Assembly: GCA_035271645.1 (NCBI GenBank)
Contig: DATERJ010000018.1
Span: forward strand, 17,399 to 81,398
Reading direction: 5' to 3'
DNA length: 64,000 bases
Source: Candidatus Dojkabacteria bacterium
GTDB lineage: Bacteria > Patescibacteriota > Dojkabacteria > SC72
The position numbers were made by a program, and so were the translations under genes. Shown here in pieces: positions 20,059-29,480 of this stretch (its first letter is position 1; each line of letters opens with the position of its first letter). The notes beneath the pieces are model-generated. The model worked only from the letters and a program-made list of their open reading frames with translations. It made no database searches and was not told the DNA's origin.

Positions 20059-20898
20059 TTAGAAAGACAAATGCTCAATATACTCCTCACTACAACCGAT
20101 CTCTCTAAAGAGATCGAAAAGTAGTCCTACCCTATCATCCTTCCCTCTCTTCTTCCAACTTACTATCTTTCTTAAAGCAACGATGAAGAGGAATGATTCA
20201 AGAGCTTTTTTATCAAACTTAAAAACATTATCATATGCCTCATATACCTTAATACCAAATCTAGAATCATTAATTATTGATTTTGCAATATCCATTAGTG
20301 GAGAGTTAAATCCAGCTTCATTACCATAATCAATTAGATAATATTTATCATCTCTAACTAGAACATTATTTGAAGAGAAATCCATATGACAGAATACAAT
20401 CTCAGGATTTGCTTCTAAATACTCTTCTATAATGTTGTAATGGTAAGGTAGATGTTCCTGTGCTACATCTACTTTCCTTAAGAATTGTTTGTTTATATAT
20501 TCTGGGAATGTTTTAAACTCACCTTCCATTGTTCCAGGATGTATTTCACCAAAACCACTCCCTTTTATCTCATGCATAGCCTTCATCATGAGAGCTAATC
20601 TATCAAAGGAATCTTCTTTAATGTCTTTTGAGAGATTACCACCATCTATATATTCCATAAGCATACATGCCATGTCATTATGTATTTTAATCTCTACTGT
20701 TTCTGGTGTTAGTATTCCTAATGGTTTGAGTAATGGAGATATTTCTTGGTAGAGGTATTTGTTTGGTATGTTTAGTTTAAGGATGTAGTATTCTCCATCT
20801 ATTTTTACTTTGAATGTGGATTTACTTGCTCCTGAATCTATATCATGTATCTCTTCTACATTTGGGTAGAGTTCATAAATGATTTCTTTGTAGTTCAT
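20059..20898 (-). CDS. Aminoglycoside/choline phosphotransferase-family kinase
   Basis: MEYIDG, CHMDFSSNNVL, IDYG. Confidence 0.85.
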   Translation of the reverse strand: MNYKEIIYELYPNVEEIHDIDSGASKSTFKVKIDGEYYILKLNIPNKYLYQEISPLLKPLGILTPETVEIKIHNDMACMLMEYIDGGNLSKDIKEDSFDRLALMMKAMHEIKGSGFGEIHPGTMEGEFKTFPEYINKQFLRKVDVAQEHLPYHYNIIEEYLEANPEIVFCHMDFSSNNVLVRDDKYYLIDYGNEAGFNSPLMDIAKSIINDSRFGIKVYEAYDNVFKFDKKALESFLFIVALRKIVSWKKRGKDDRVGLLFDLFREIGCSEEYIEHLSF

Positions 20899-20924
20899 TT
20901 TGGTTATATATATTTAATTTATAT

Positions 20925-21695
20925 TTATTTCTTAGCAATATACAAAAGATGCTCTCCGTACCCCAATTGGTCTTCTCTCTCTGCTGTTGTTCTTAGATAG
21001 TCTATCCATACCTCATACTGATCCTCTGGTAAACTATCTATTCGTTCTTTAATGAGATCACTAATACCATCTGTTGTTAGATGGTGTACTTTAGAGAGGC
21101 CATTTCTTTTCATTAATTCTTCCATTTCACTTGGATACATGAGTGTAAATACATTTTCGTTATCCCCTATTCTAAATCCTTCAAGTATCTCCTCTTTGTA
21201 TTTCACAACATAATCATCAAACTTTTTCACTCTCTTTACAAATGTAAGGTTATTAGAGATATATGCAGAGTATATTAATCCTCCCTTTTTACATACCCTC
21301 TTAGCTTCTTGTATTACCTTATCCCTATCCCCTCCTTCTAGGTGATAGAGAGGTCCTAGGTTTAGTACCATATCGAATGTTTCATCTTCGTACATTGATA
21401 AGTTTCTTGCATCTCCTAGTACAGGGTTAATATTCATATCCTCAGTTATCTTAGATTTAAGGATATCTAAGTTCTCCTTAATATATTCTAGTGCATCTAC
21501 TTCATGTCCTTTGGATGCATAGAGAAGAGAGTATACTCCTGTACCTGCACCTAGTTCTAATATCTTCATACCTTTTTTAAGATATTTATCTATGTAGTCT
21601 GTAGTTAGTATGAATTCTGTTTTATGTTTTTGGTCTTTAAAGAGTCTATCGTCTTCTGTGTATATATTGTTGTAGTAATTTTGTAAGGTATTCAT
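20925..21695 (-). CDS. Class I SAM-dependent methyltransferase
   Basis: ILELGAGTG, GDARNL, FDMVLNLGPLYHL. Confidence 0.9.
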   Translation of the reverse strand: MNTLQNYYNNIYTEDDRLFKDQKHKTEFILTTDYIDKYLKKGMKILELGAGTGVYSLLYASKGHEVDALEYIKENLDILKSKITEDMNINPVLGDARNLSMYEDETFDMVLNLGPLYHLEGGDRDKVIQEAKRVCKKGGLIYSAYISNNLTFVKRVKKFDDYVVKYKEEILEGFRIGDNENVFTLMYPSEMEELMKRNGLSKVHHLTTDGISDLIKERIDSLPEDQYEVWIDYLRTTAEREDQLGYGEHLLYIAKK

Positions 21696-21713
21696 ACTTT
21701 ATATATGATTAAA

Positions 21714-22268
21714 TTATTCCAGTATCTTCATTACAGCTAAATATTTTTCCTTAACCATCTCTTGTGCTTCAGGTATCATTTTGTTGTAACTTTCAGTAAG
21801 TTTCTTCTTAACTCGTTGCTTACCTTCCTTAATATCATAACCAAAAACTTTGTATACAAGATAGAACATATCGGGAATACTTTTAAAGTGTGACATGGCA
21901 TCTGCAGAAGCTAAACATTTGGCTTCCAAGGTCTTCTGAGGGATACCTGTACTACCTCTATGAGAGTAAATACAATCTTTAACAATATCTATCTTCTTAG
22001 GGTCATACCCTAAACTATTTAAATATTCTTCTGCATATTTAGCACCATCTATATGATGATTTTCATTTCTACCATCTATTCTTGCAATGTCATGTAACAA
22101 TGATGCTATCTCCACTATTTCTACAGATGCTCCTAGTTTCTCTGCTAATTCCTTTGCATATTCAACAACATATTTGACATGTATTTCATACATATTTACA
22201 CCATCTACATCACCTTTGTCTTCATATCTCTTTACTACATGTTTTCTAACTTCTTCCACTATATCCAT
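21714..22268 (-). CDS. HD-domain phosphohydrolase
   Basis: H...LLHDIA...HH.DGA...H...ADAMSH. Confidence 0.9.
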   Translation of the reverse strand: MDIVEEVRKHVVKRYEDKGDVDGVNMYEIHVKYVVEYAKELAEKLGASVEIVEIASLLHDIARIDGRNENHHIDGAKYAEEYLNSLGYDPKKIDIVKDCIYSHRGSTGIPQKTLEAKCLASADAMSHFKSIPDMFYLVYKVFGYDIKEGKQRVKKKLTESYNKMIPEAQEMVKEKYLAVMKILE

Positions 22269-22373
22269 ATGTGTATTTTACACTAAATTGGTATGACAAG
22301 AAATATATATTTAATCTTGGGTTCATTTTCATTGTCTAAAATATGTATAGGTATAATTTAGATATATCCATAC

Positions 22374-22862
22374 ATGAGTGATATAGATATTCTAATTAAG
22401 GTTAGGAGTGTTAAGGATACTTTTAGAAAAAGATTAACACCTGGCATTGGGAATATAGATAGAAGACAGAGAAAACCAAGTAAGCATGAGATGAGTATGG
22501 CAGAGGTTGTAGTTAGAGAGTTTGGTGGGAAGATAAAGTTCCTGAAAGAAAAAAGACAAGAGGGTATAAAAATGCCTGATGCTATCTGGTCTGGTATTAA
22601 GTTGGAGATCAAAGAAGCTAGTGGAAAGTCTAGTATAAATAACAGAGTTAGAAAGGGTGTAGAACAGGTAGGAGAGAGAGGTATAATCTTTTTAGACATA
22701 AGTAAGAACAAGAAAAACATTAAAGAGATTCGAACAGAGGCTATAAATAGAGTTAAAAGAAGTAAGACAGAGAGTAAATCTAAATACTTTCATATCAATA
22801 TTATCTTTTTTAAAAAGGGAAAGGTTTTGGATGTTGTAGAGATAAAAAAGAGAAAAGCATAG
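22374..22862 (+). CDS. Stand-alone CdiA-CT (tRNase)-like PD-(D/E)xK nuclease, candidate toxin
   Basis: Basic 162-aa protein; HE...A, MPDAIWSG..LEIK, ...KGVEQ...IIFLDIS pattern of CdiA C-terminal nucleases; no delivery domain. Confidence 0.6.
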   Translation: MSDIDILIKVRSVKDTFRKRLTPGIGNIDRRQRKPSKHEMSMAEVVVREFGGKIKFLKEKRQEGIKMPDAIWSGIKLEIKEASGKSSINNRVRKGVEQVGERGIIFLDISKNKKNIKEIRTEAINRVKRSKTESKSKYFHINIIFFKKGKVLDVVEIKKRKA

Positions 22863-22897
22863 CCCGACACAAGGGTTCGGGGAGCTTTTCTCTTCCT
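22844..22897 (-). ncRNA. Putative small hairpin RNA 1, convergent with the nuclease gene
   Basis: Stem AAGAGAAAAGC/GCTTTTCTCTT plus inner CCCGA/TCGGG, loop ACCCUUGUG, U-tract; directly behind a -35/-10 promoter. Confidence 0.6.
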
Positions 22898-22903
22898 ATC
22901 TTT

Positions 22904-22932
22904 ATTATATAAAAAGAGTTAGATTTAAGCAA
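22904..22932 (-). promoter_or_regulatory. Sigma70 promoter for hairpin RNA 1
   Basis: Minus strand TTGCTT-N17-TATAAT. Confidence 0.65.
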
Positions 22933-22940
22933 ATGGAAAT

Positions 22941-22996
22941 AAAAAAGGTGGAAGCTTAGACCTGACACAAAGGGGTCAGGTGGCCTCCACCTCTCT
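22941..22996 (-). ncRNA. Putative small hairpin RNA 2 (paralog of RNA 1)
   Basis: AGGUGGAGGC/GCUUCCACCU (G-U pair only on the minus strand), inner CCUGAC/GUCAGG, loop CCCUUUGU, U6 tail. Confidence 0.6.
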
Positions 22997-23002
22997 ATAT
23001 AT

Positions 23003-23031
23003 ATTATACAAAAATTAGGGGTGTTTTTCAA
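23003..23031 (-). promoter_or_regulatory. Sigma70 promoter for hairpin RNA 2
   Basis: Minus strand TTGAAA-N17-TATAAT. Confidence 0.65.
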
Positions 23032-23247
23032 TTTTTTAGGTTTTAAGACTACCAAATGGAATATAAATCATGATGAGAGGGTAATAGAGTTAGATTATTC
23101 GGTTATAGAGAAGGAAAGGAATTACTAGATATCTTTTAGTATTTATTGTAGATGTTTGTAATATTATTCTGATTGTAAGAGTTTTGTAATAACTGGGTGG
23201 TAAAATAATTATATAGGGATACATATCTAATTTGACTACCTAACCAT

Positions 23248-24213
23248 TTGTCACAAAAGAAGAATGTAAATATAAGGTTACCAAAGCAAACTAAAGGTAG
23301 ACACACCATATATATTGATGAGTCAGGAACAGCATCATTAAAAGACAAAGAAAAGTTCTTTATACTCACAGGTGTAATTGCTACCAACCACAGTTTTAAT
23401 GATGTTGAAGAATTCTATTTTAACCTAAAAAGAAAATACTTTGGGTATATTCAACATCTACATTCTGTTGAGCTATTTAGTGAAAATACAAAGTATGTAC
23501 GAAAAAGCAAAGCTCAATTGTTTAAGATAAAGAAATATAGAAAAAGATATATACAAGAATTAGCATACTTTTTAGATACTGTACCATTTGTATTTTTAAC
23601 AATCATAGTTGATAAAGAGAGAATGTTAAAAAGTCTATCACCAGTTAAAATAGATCATCCTTGGGCTACCACAATAGGAGAAGCAAAGAAAATATTTACA
23701 GAGACACACAACGATGAAACTCCTTTTATAGATGCAAAAATTGCAGATGTTATAGATACTATTAATAAACACAAAATACTCCCAACCGACTATTTCAGGC
23801 CACTAAAAATTGCATATAGAGAATTGTTAGAACAATATTTTAAAAACTACCAATACAATATTTATACCACAGGATCAAAGATGCAGATATGTGTAGAATC
23901 ATCTGAGTACCAATCACGAATTTTAAAATACACAGAAGAATTTCTATTGGAAACAGATAGGGTGCAACCGAAACCTAAGAGAACAAAATTTTCGAGAAGA
24001 CTAAAAAACAGTATGTACAGTCTATCCTTTCCTAATAAAAAAGCTAAATTTCTTGGTTTAGAGATAGCAGATATTATCTCATATGGTTATTATCTTTCAT
24101 CACATCATAGAAGGTGTAAGAATGAACTCTATAAAGATATTTGGAAAGTTATTGAGAAAAGAAAGAAGGATATTGAACAGAAATATAATATGAGGTGTGT
24201 AGTTAAGATCTAA
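23248..24213 (+). CDS. DUF3800-family (RNase H-like) protein
   Basis: IYIDESG...FFILTGV, LHSVEL, GLEIADIISY. Confidence 0.8.
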   Translation: MSQKKNVNIRLPKQTKGRHTIYIDESGTASLKDKEKFFILTGVIATNHSFNDVEEFYFNLKRKYFGYIQHLHSVELFSENTKYVRKSKAQLFKIKKYRKRYIQELAYFLDTVPFVFLTIIVDKERMLKSLSPVKIDHPWATTIGEAKKIFTETHNDETPFIDAKIADVIDTINKHKILPTDYFRPLKIAYRELLEQYFKNYQYNIYTTGSKMQICVESSEYQSRILKYTEEFLLETDRVQPKPKRTKFSRRLKNSMYSLSFPNKKAKFLGLEIADIISYGYYLSSHHRRCKNELYKDIWKVIEKRKKDIEQKYNMRCVVKI

Positions 24214-24251
24214 AAAAAAAAGAGGGAGTCGTACGTGCCAACTCCCTATAT
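24212..24251 (-). ncRNA. Putative ~40-nt hairpin RNA downstream of the DUF3800 gene
   Basis: AGGGAGU-UGGCACGUACG-ACUCCCU then U10; minus-strand TTGCTT-N18-TATAAT at 24258-24287. Confidence 0.5.
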
Positions 24252-24329
24252 GTTTGCATTATACAATACTAGATAAAAGAAAAGCAAGAGGTTTTTCTTT
24301 TATGTTTTGATTATATAAAAAGGATAGTA

Positions 24330-25124
24330 TTAAAGCAAAAGAGAAAGCATTTTTAACTGTATATCCCCTATTGTTTTCTCTAATACAAAAGTGTCCTTTT
24401 TTAGTTTCCATATTCTAAATACTTGTATATGGGACATAGATGGGTCATGGATAGATGTTACTAGTTTCTTCTTACCTTTGTTGTCATACAACCTAAAAAA
24501 CATTGGGTGTTCTACTATCCAATTATCTTCTTCGTTTTCTTTAGTGTTAAATGGTACTTTAATAGCTTTACCGTCTTCTAGTTTGTAGATGGTTATACTA
24601 TCCTTAGAACCACTCTCCCATTTCCCAACTACTAGGTATTCGTATTTACTAGATGAATATATGACCATACTTACCTCCCCTTCTATACTCCCTTCTTCTT
24701 CCCATACTTCATACCTTACATTGTCCTCTACTACATTATCGTTGTATTTAAGATTACAACCTTTAGGGTCTCCATATACAATGTTATCTATATCTTCTTT
24801 AGGACAGTTTAGTTCTAGTGTATATTCATCTTTTAATGTCCATATTACATTTACATCTGATTTTTCTTTAGTTAATTGATATTTAGGTTTGTTTACTAAT
24901 TGATCTATTTGTTTATATCCTTCTATATCCTTATTCCAATCATATATATATTTATCTATGTTATATGTTTTCTTTAATTCTTTTAGTTCTAATGAATATT
25001 TCTTTTCAAATGATATTTGTTCTTCTGTTTTTTTATTTATTATATATATGTATATGGATATACATATGATTAGTAGTAGGAGAAATATTATTAGTAATGT
25101 TTTTGGTTTGATGTTTTTTAACAT
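24330..25124 (-). CDS. Membrane-anchored hypothetical protein
   Basis: N-terminal TM helix followed by a soluble domain; very AT-rich. Confidence 0.6.
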   Translation of the reverse strand: MLKNIKPKTLLIIFLLLLIICISIYIYIINKKTEEQISFEKKYSLELKELKKTYNIDKYIYDWNKDIEGYKQIDQLVNKPKYQLTKEKSDVNVIWTLKDEYTLELNCPKEDIDNIVYGDPKGCNLKYNDNVVEDNVRYEVWEEEGSIEGEVSMVIYSSSKYEYLVVGKWESGSKDSITIYKLEDGKAIKVPFNTKENEEDNWIVEHPMFFRLYDNKGKKKLVTSIHDPSMSHIQVFRIWKLKKDTFVLEKTIGDIQLKMLSLLL

Positions 25125-25240
25125 TGGGTTAGTATGTTAAGTTCAATTAATTTATCATATCATTTTTCCTTCTGTTTCTTCCACTAATTTAATCCACTAA
25201 TTGATATAATAGACTAGCAATAAATTGTGGAACAAGCGTT

Positions 25241-25483
25241 ATGAACGAGGAAAAAATCGAAAAAAACATATCTCCAACATTGAGGAAGTATGTTTTAACC
25301 TTAAGACATGAGTACGGATTCTATTCAGAAGAGGAGCAAAGAGAATTAGTCCTTTGGGGTGAGAAAGCCCCTGAGGTAGTACTCAGTTTAGCTCAGAACT
25401 TAGTCATGGACAGAGATAGAACTCATCTCAACCACGGAAGAGAATACAAGTGTATCCTAGTCAGTTTAACAAGACAAGAGTAA
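25241..25483 (+). CDS. Small hypothetical protein (possibly truncated)
   Basis: 80-aa ORF with TGATATAAT upstream. Confidence 0.35.
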   Translation: MNEEKIEKNISPTLRKYVLTLRHEYGFYSEEEQRELVLWGEKAPEVVLSLAQNLVMDRDRTHLNHGREYKCILVSLTRQE

Positions 25484-25566
25484 TTTAGACAAAGATGCAA
25501 AAACTTTGCCCTGTTTTTAGTGACCTTAATAGATTCCTACTATTAACAATACTGGTACTACATGAA

Positions 25567-26277
25567 CTAAGTTACTACAGAAAACATTTCCAATTTCTCT
25601 TTCCTCTCTTCCCAGTCAGGACACTGCTTAGTTAATAATCTATAAAAATCTTTATCATGTCTCTTGTGCTTCATATGACATAATTCATGAGTAATAACAT
25701 AATCTATACAACTAGTAGGTGCTTTGATTAAATCGATATTCAAATATACTTTTTTATTACTAAGAAAACTACCCCACCTTTTACTCATTTTACGAATATC
25801 TAATACAGGGGTAAATTTATAAGAAAAAGACTTAAGTACCTCTTTATACCTTCTACGAAAAACTATTTCTGCTCTTTCAGAATACCATTTTGACAACAAA
25901 TTCTTATTATGAGAAGAATTACAAACTTCTTTCTTTGTTCTTAGTTCTATAACTCCTTTCTGCAATTTCACAGATTCTTCTTTGCTTTTCTTAACCTTTA
26001 ACTTGTATTGCCTGCCCAAATAATAAAAACTTTCTCCTGATATATAATCCTTCTTATACTTTTTCCCGTTATACTTATCAAAATACCTTATCTGCTTCTC
26101 CATCCAAGACCATTTTCTCTTTAAAAATTTCTCTATCTCCTCTTCCTTTGCCTTTAGTGGAGCTTTAACAACAAGAGATTTATCTGGTTTTACAACCAGA
26201 CTTATCGTCTTCCTCTTACTTTTGAATAGAGAATACTCATATGAGTATTTCCCATAATTAAAAACCTTAGACTTCAT
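25567..26277 (-). CDS. YgjP/DUF45 (SprT-like) zinc metallohydrolase associated with type I R-M
   Basis: RKTISL, RWGS, YVITHELCH..H; directly after hsdR. Confidence 0.85.
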   Translation of the reverse strand: MKSKVFNYGKYSYEYSLFKSKRKTISLVVKPDKSLVVKAPLKAKEEEIEKFLKRKWSWMEKQIRYFDKYNGKKYKKDYISGESFYYLGRQYKLKVKKSKEESVKLQKGVIELRTKKEVCNSSHNKNLLSKWYSERAEIVFRRRYKEVLKSFSYKFTPVLDIRKMSKRWGSFLSNKKVYLNIDLIKAPTSCIDYVITHELCHMKHKRHDKDFYRLLTKQCPDWEERKEKLEMFSVVT

Positions 26278-26280
26278 TTC

Positions 26281-29200
26281 TTACAAAATTTCATAATTAT
26301 TTTGTGCAAGAGTCATTATTTTCTCAATAAGATCCCATATGTCTTCATTACTTAAATCAACCCCTCTACCTATTTTCACCACATCGTAAAGATAATCATC
26401 TAATTCATTCCTCATCATCCTTTTCTTCTCAGAGTTTATCTGCCAATCAATTACTGCTTCTCTTTTTAGAATCCCAAATATTTCCAAACAACTAACGATG
26501 ATACAATCCTCATCTAGCCCATGCTTTTTAAAATCTCCCCTTAGATTCCTATAAAAGATATCAACCCCTTCATTTGATTTTATTATATCTGGTAAATCTT
26601 CATCCTCTTTGTTAAGTACTTGTCTACTAAGTTCCTTTGCCTGTTTCAAAGCCTCAATATCAGCCAATTTCTTCTCCCTCATTGCCTGAAGCAAAGCATC
26701 TATCTTGTCAGAGAATTTTCTGTAAAACTTTGGATCTTTCCCCATCCTCTCAGAAACTTCTTTCTGTGTTTGTGAGAGAATCGCAGCCGCTTTAGATTTA
26801 TCTGAACCCAAATCCTCTACAGCCTCCTTAAAAGCTTCCTCATCTGTTATTGAAATCTGTGTTGTTAGTAACTCCGCTTCTTCTGCTTTAATATTTTTAT
26901 CCAAAATATTAATCAAGGCCTGTTTGTATTTCTTAAAATCGGGGGCATCAGAGTATCTAATACTGGCTGTTTTCCTAAGATTTGTATATTTCTTAAGATC
27001 CAACTTAAACATATCAATCTTGTCAAAACTGTCTACAAACTCTTTAAGAATAATACACTCATTAAAGATTCTGATAAAAGCATTTAAATCCTCATAGAAT
27101 CCCTTCCTTACCTGCTCATCTTCTAAATGCTCTAAGTATGCCTCATCATCTTCAGGAACATCTTTGAAAGTATCATATAATTTTTCATACTGTGCTTCTA
27201 ACTCCTCTATCTTCTCATCAACATCAATCAAAGTCCCTTTAACATCCTCGTCATCATAGTTACCAAATAAATCCATAGCCGTTTTAAGATTTTTTGCATT
27301 TTCAGAGTAGTCTATGATATATCCTGCTGTTTTCGGTAAGACATCATTTTCAAACAAACGATTTACTCTAGCTATTGCTTGAAGTAGGTTATGATCCTTC
27401 AGTTCTCTGGCTAAATACAAAACTGTGTTTCTCGGAGCATCAAAACCAGTAAGTAGTTTATGAACAACTATCAAAATTTCAACACCATCTTCATTATATT
27501 TAAAACTATCTATAACTTCTCGTTCATAAGATTCTAAACTTTGATATTTACCTTTTATCTCTCTCAGGTATTCTTCAACCTCTTTCTTATGACTATCCTC
27601 ATAACTACTAATTTCATTTTCATCTGATATTACTAATGCAGTATTTATATCTGATTCATTCTGGAAATATCTTTGGAATAATGTTGCTGCATATTTAGAA
27701 GGTGCAACAATCTGAGCTTTAAGTCCAGTTCCTTTTAGGTGCTTGTTAAAATGCTCCTTGATATCATACCCTATCTCAACAATCCTCGCAGGTGTTTCCT
27801 GCATAGCCTTTGTTTCGATCTCTCTCTGTATATCTCGCATGGTAAAGTTATCCTTTTTTAATTCTTCCTCCAATCGTGCTACCTGTTTATCAATCTCCTT
27901 TTCATCCTGTCGCAAATCAACATATCGACCTTCATAAATCAAAGGAAGAACAATACCGTCATTTAAAGCATCATCTATTGTATATCTATCTATAAATCTG
28001 CCAAACTGATTCTCAGATTTCTTTTCCTTAAGAATTGGAGTACCTGTAAAACCAATGTAACAAGCATTAGGTATAACTCTATTCATCTCTAGGTTAGCTT
28101 CTCCTCCCTGAGATCTATGTACCTCATCTATTAACACAAATATATTTTTATCCTTATCTACAAATCCAGCTCGTATGTCTTTTGCTGCTTGGAACTTGAA
28201 TACTAATGTTGTAATCACATCTGGGGTTTTCTCCTTAATCTTTTTTAATAAATCTTTCCCACTTTTCGCTTTCTTTATCTCTTTCTTAAGACCTGCATTC
28301 TCAAAAGTTTCTTTGATTTGCTGATCTAAATCTCTTCTGTCTGTGACAATAAAGATTCTTGGATTCTCTATCTCAGGATCTTCAATTAAGGCTTTGACAA
28401 ACATAACCATTGTTAAAGATTTACCTGAACCTTGTGTTTGCCAAAGAATACCTCCCTCTCTTCTTTCTCCATGTTCTGTTTTCTCTATATTCCTTATCCT
28501 ATTCAATGCTCTCTTGATTGCAAAGAACTGTTGGTATCTCATAACTTTCTTCACACCAGCATCATAAAGTATGTGATTCTTAGAGATATCTAACAATCTC
28601 TCTTTTCTTAACATACCATATACTCCTCTATCTTGTTCAGAAACTTCTCTGTTAGTTTTTTGTTGATGACCATATGTTTGTCCATTTAAATCTTTCAATA
28701 TTTGAGTGTAAAGGGAGTTGTCTATCTCTTTTGATATAACTCTTGTTATTTCATCATCAAACTCCTTCTTAAATTGTTTTCTGTTCTTCCATTCCTCTTC
28801 AGCAATATCTCTTTCCTGCCATTTTGCATAGAAATTGTTTGGTGTTCCTGTTGTTCCATATCTAAAATCTATTTTGTTTGATGCTATTAAAAGCTGAGGG
28901 TAGATAAAGAGTTTAGGACATCTATCTGGACTCTGATTTCTATTCTGTTGAGTTATTGCGAACTCTACTTCCTTGGAAGATTTTTTGTTTTCAATAACAA
29001 CAAAGGGTATACCATTAACAAATATAACTATGTCTGGTCTAATTGTTGATTTACCTGTAGCTTCAAATTCGACTATAAAGGAGAAGTCATTGTTTTCTAT
29101 ATTATCGAAATCTATAAATCTGAAACTTTTTGATTCATATTTACCATTGTGGAAAACTTTTATTGTTTTCCCTCCTTTTTTAGGCATTATTGTTTGATAT

Positions 29201-29475
29201 ATCTTTTTAGATGTATCTATTATTCCTTCCAAAGGAATATTTTCGAGTTCTTCTATAGCTTCTATTATATTTTTATCACTAAAGATTTCTTCTGTTGCAT
29301 TATTTATTCTCTTTAATGATTCAAATGCTGTGTCTTTGAGTATGAACTTATTAGTATCTCCTCTTCTTTCTTCCATTACCTCATTTACAGGTATGTATCT
29401 GTAACCCATGTTTACTAACATTTCTACAAATGGTAGTTGTGATTGTTTTACTTCATCAAAATCTATATCTGTCAT
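26281..29475 (-). CDS. hsdR: Type I restriction endonuclease subunit R
   Basis: RPDIVIFVNGIP..IENK, QGSGKS, DEVHRSQ, FTGTP, LTGFDAP, QAIARVNR. Confidence 0.95.
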   Translation of the reverse strand: MTDIDFDEVKQSQLPFVEMLVNMGYRYIPVNEVMEERRGDTNKFILKDTAFESLKRINNATEEIFSDKNIIEAIEELENIPLEGIIDTSKKIYQTIMPKKGGKTIKVFHNGKYESKSFRFIDFDNIENNDFSFIVEFEATGKSTIRPDIVIFVNGIPFVVIENKKSSKEVEFAITQQNRNQSPDRCPKLFIYPQLLIASNKIDFRYGTTGTPNNFYAKWQERDIAEEEWKNRKQFKKEFDDEITRVISKEIDNSLYTQILKDLNGQTYGHQQKTNREVSEQDRGVYGMLRKERLLDISKNHILYDAGVKKVMRYQQFFAIKRALNRIRNIEKTEHGERREGGILWQTQGSGKSLTMVMFVKALIEDPEIENPRIFIVTDRRDLDQQIKETFENAGLKKEIKKAKSGKDLLKKIKEKTPDVITTLVFKFQAAKDIRAGFVDKDKNIFVLIDEVHRSQGGEANLEMNRVIPNACYIGFTGTPILKEKKSENQFGRFIDRYTIDDALNDGIVLPLIYEGRYVDLRQDEKEIDKQVARLEEELKKDNFTMRDIQREIETKAMQETPARIVEIGYDIKEHFNKHLKGTGLKAQIVAPSKYAATLFQRYFQNESDINTALVISDENEISSYEDSHKKEVEEYLREIKGKYQSLESYEREVIDSFKYNEDGVEILIVVHKLLTGFDAPRNTVLYLARELKDHNLLQAIARVNRLFENDVLPKTAGYIIDYSENAKNLKTAMDLFGNYDDEDVKGTLIDVDEKIEELEAQYEKLYDTFKDVPEDDEAYLEHLEDEQVRKGFYEDLNAFIRIFNECIILKEFVDSFDKIDMFKLDLKKYTNLRKTASIRYSDAPDFKKYKQALINILDKNIKAEEAELLTTQISITDEEAFKEAVEDLGSDKSKAAAILSQTQKEVSERMGKDPKFYRKFSDKIDALLQAMREKKLADIEALKQAKELSRQVLNKEDEDLPDIIKSNEGVDIFYRNLRGDFKKHGLDEDCIIVSCLEIFGILKREAVIDWQINSEKKRMMRNELDDYLYDVVKIGRGVDLSNEDIWDLIEKIMTLAQNNYEIL

Positions 29476-29480
29476 ATTCC

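Noticed and set aside
22844-23031. CRISPR array interpretation of the tandem hairpins
   Set aside because: Only two diverged units, the intervening sequences are promoters rather than spacers, and there are no cas genes
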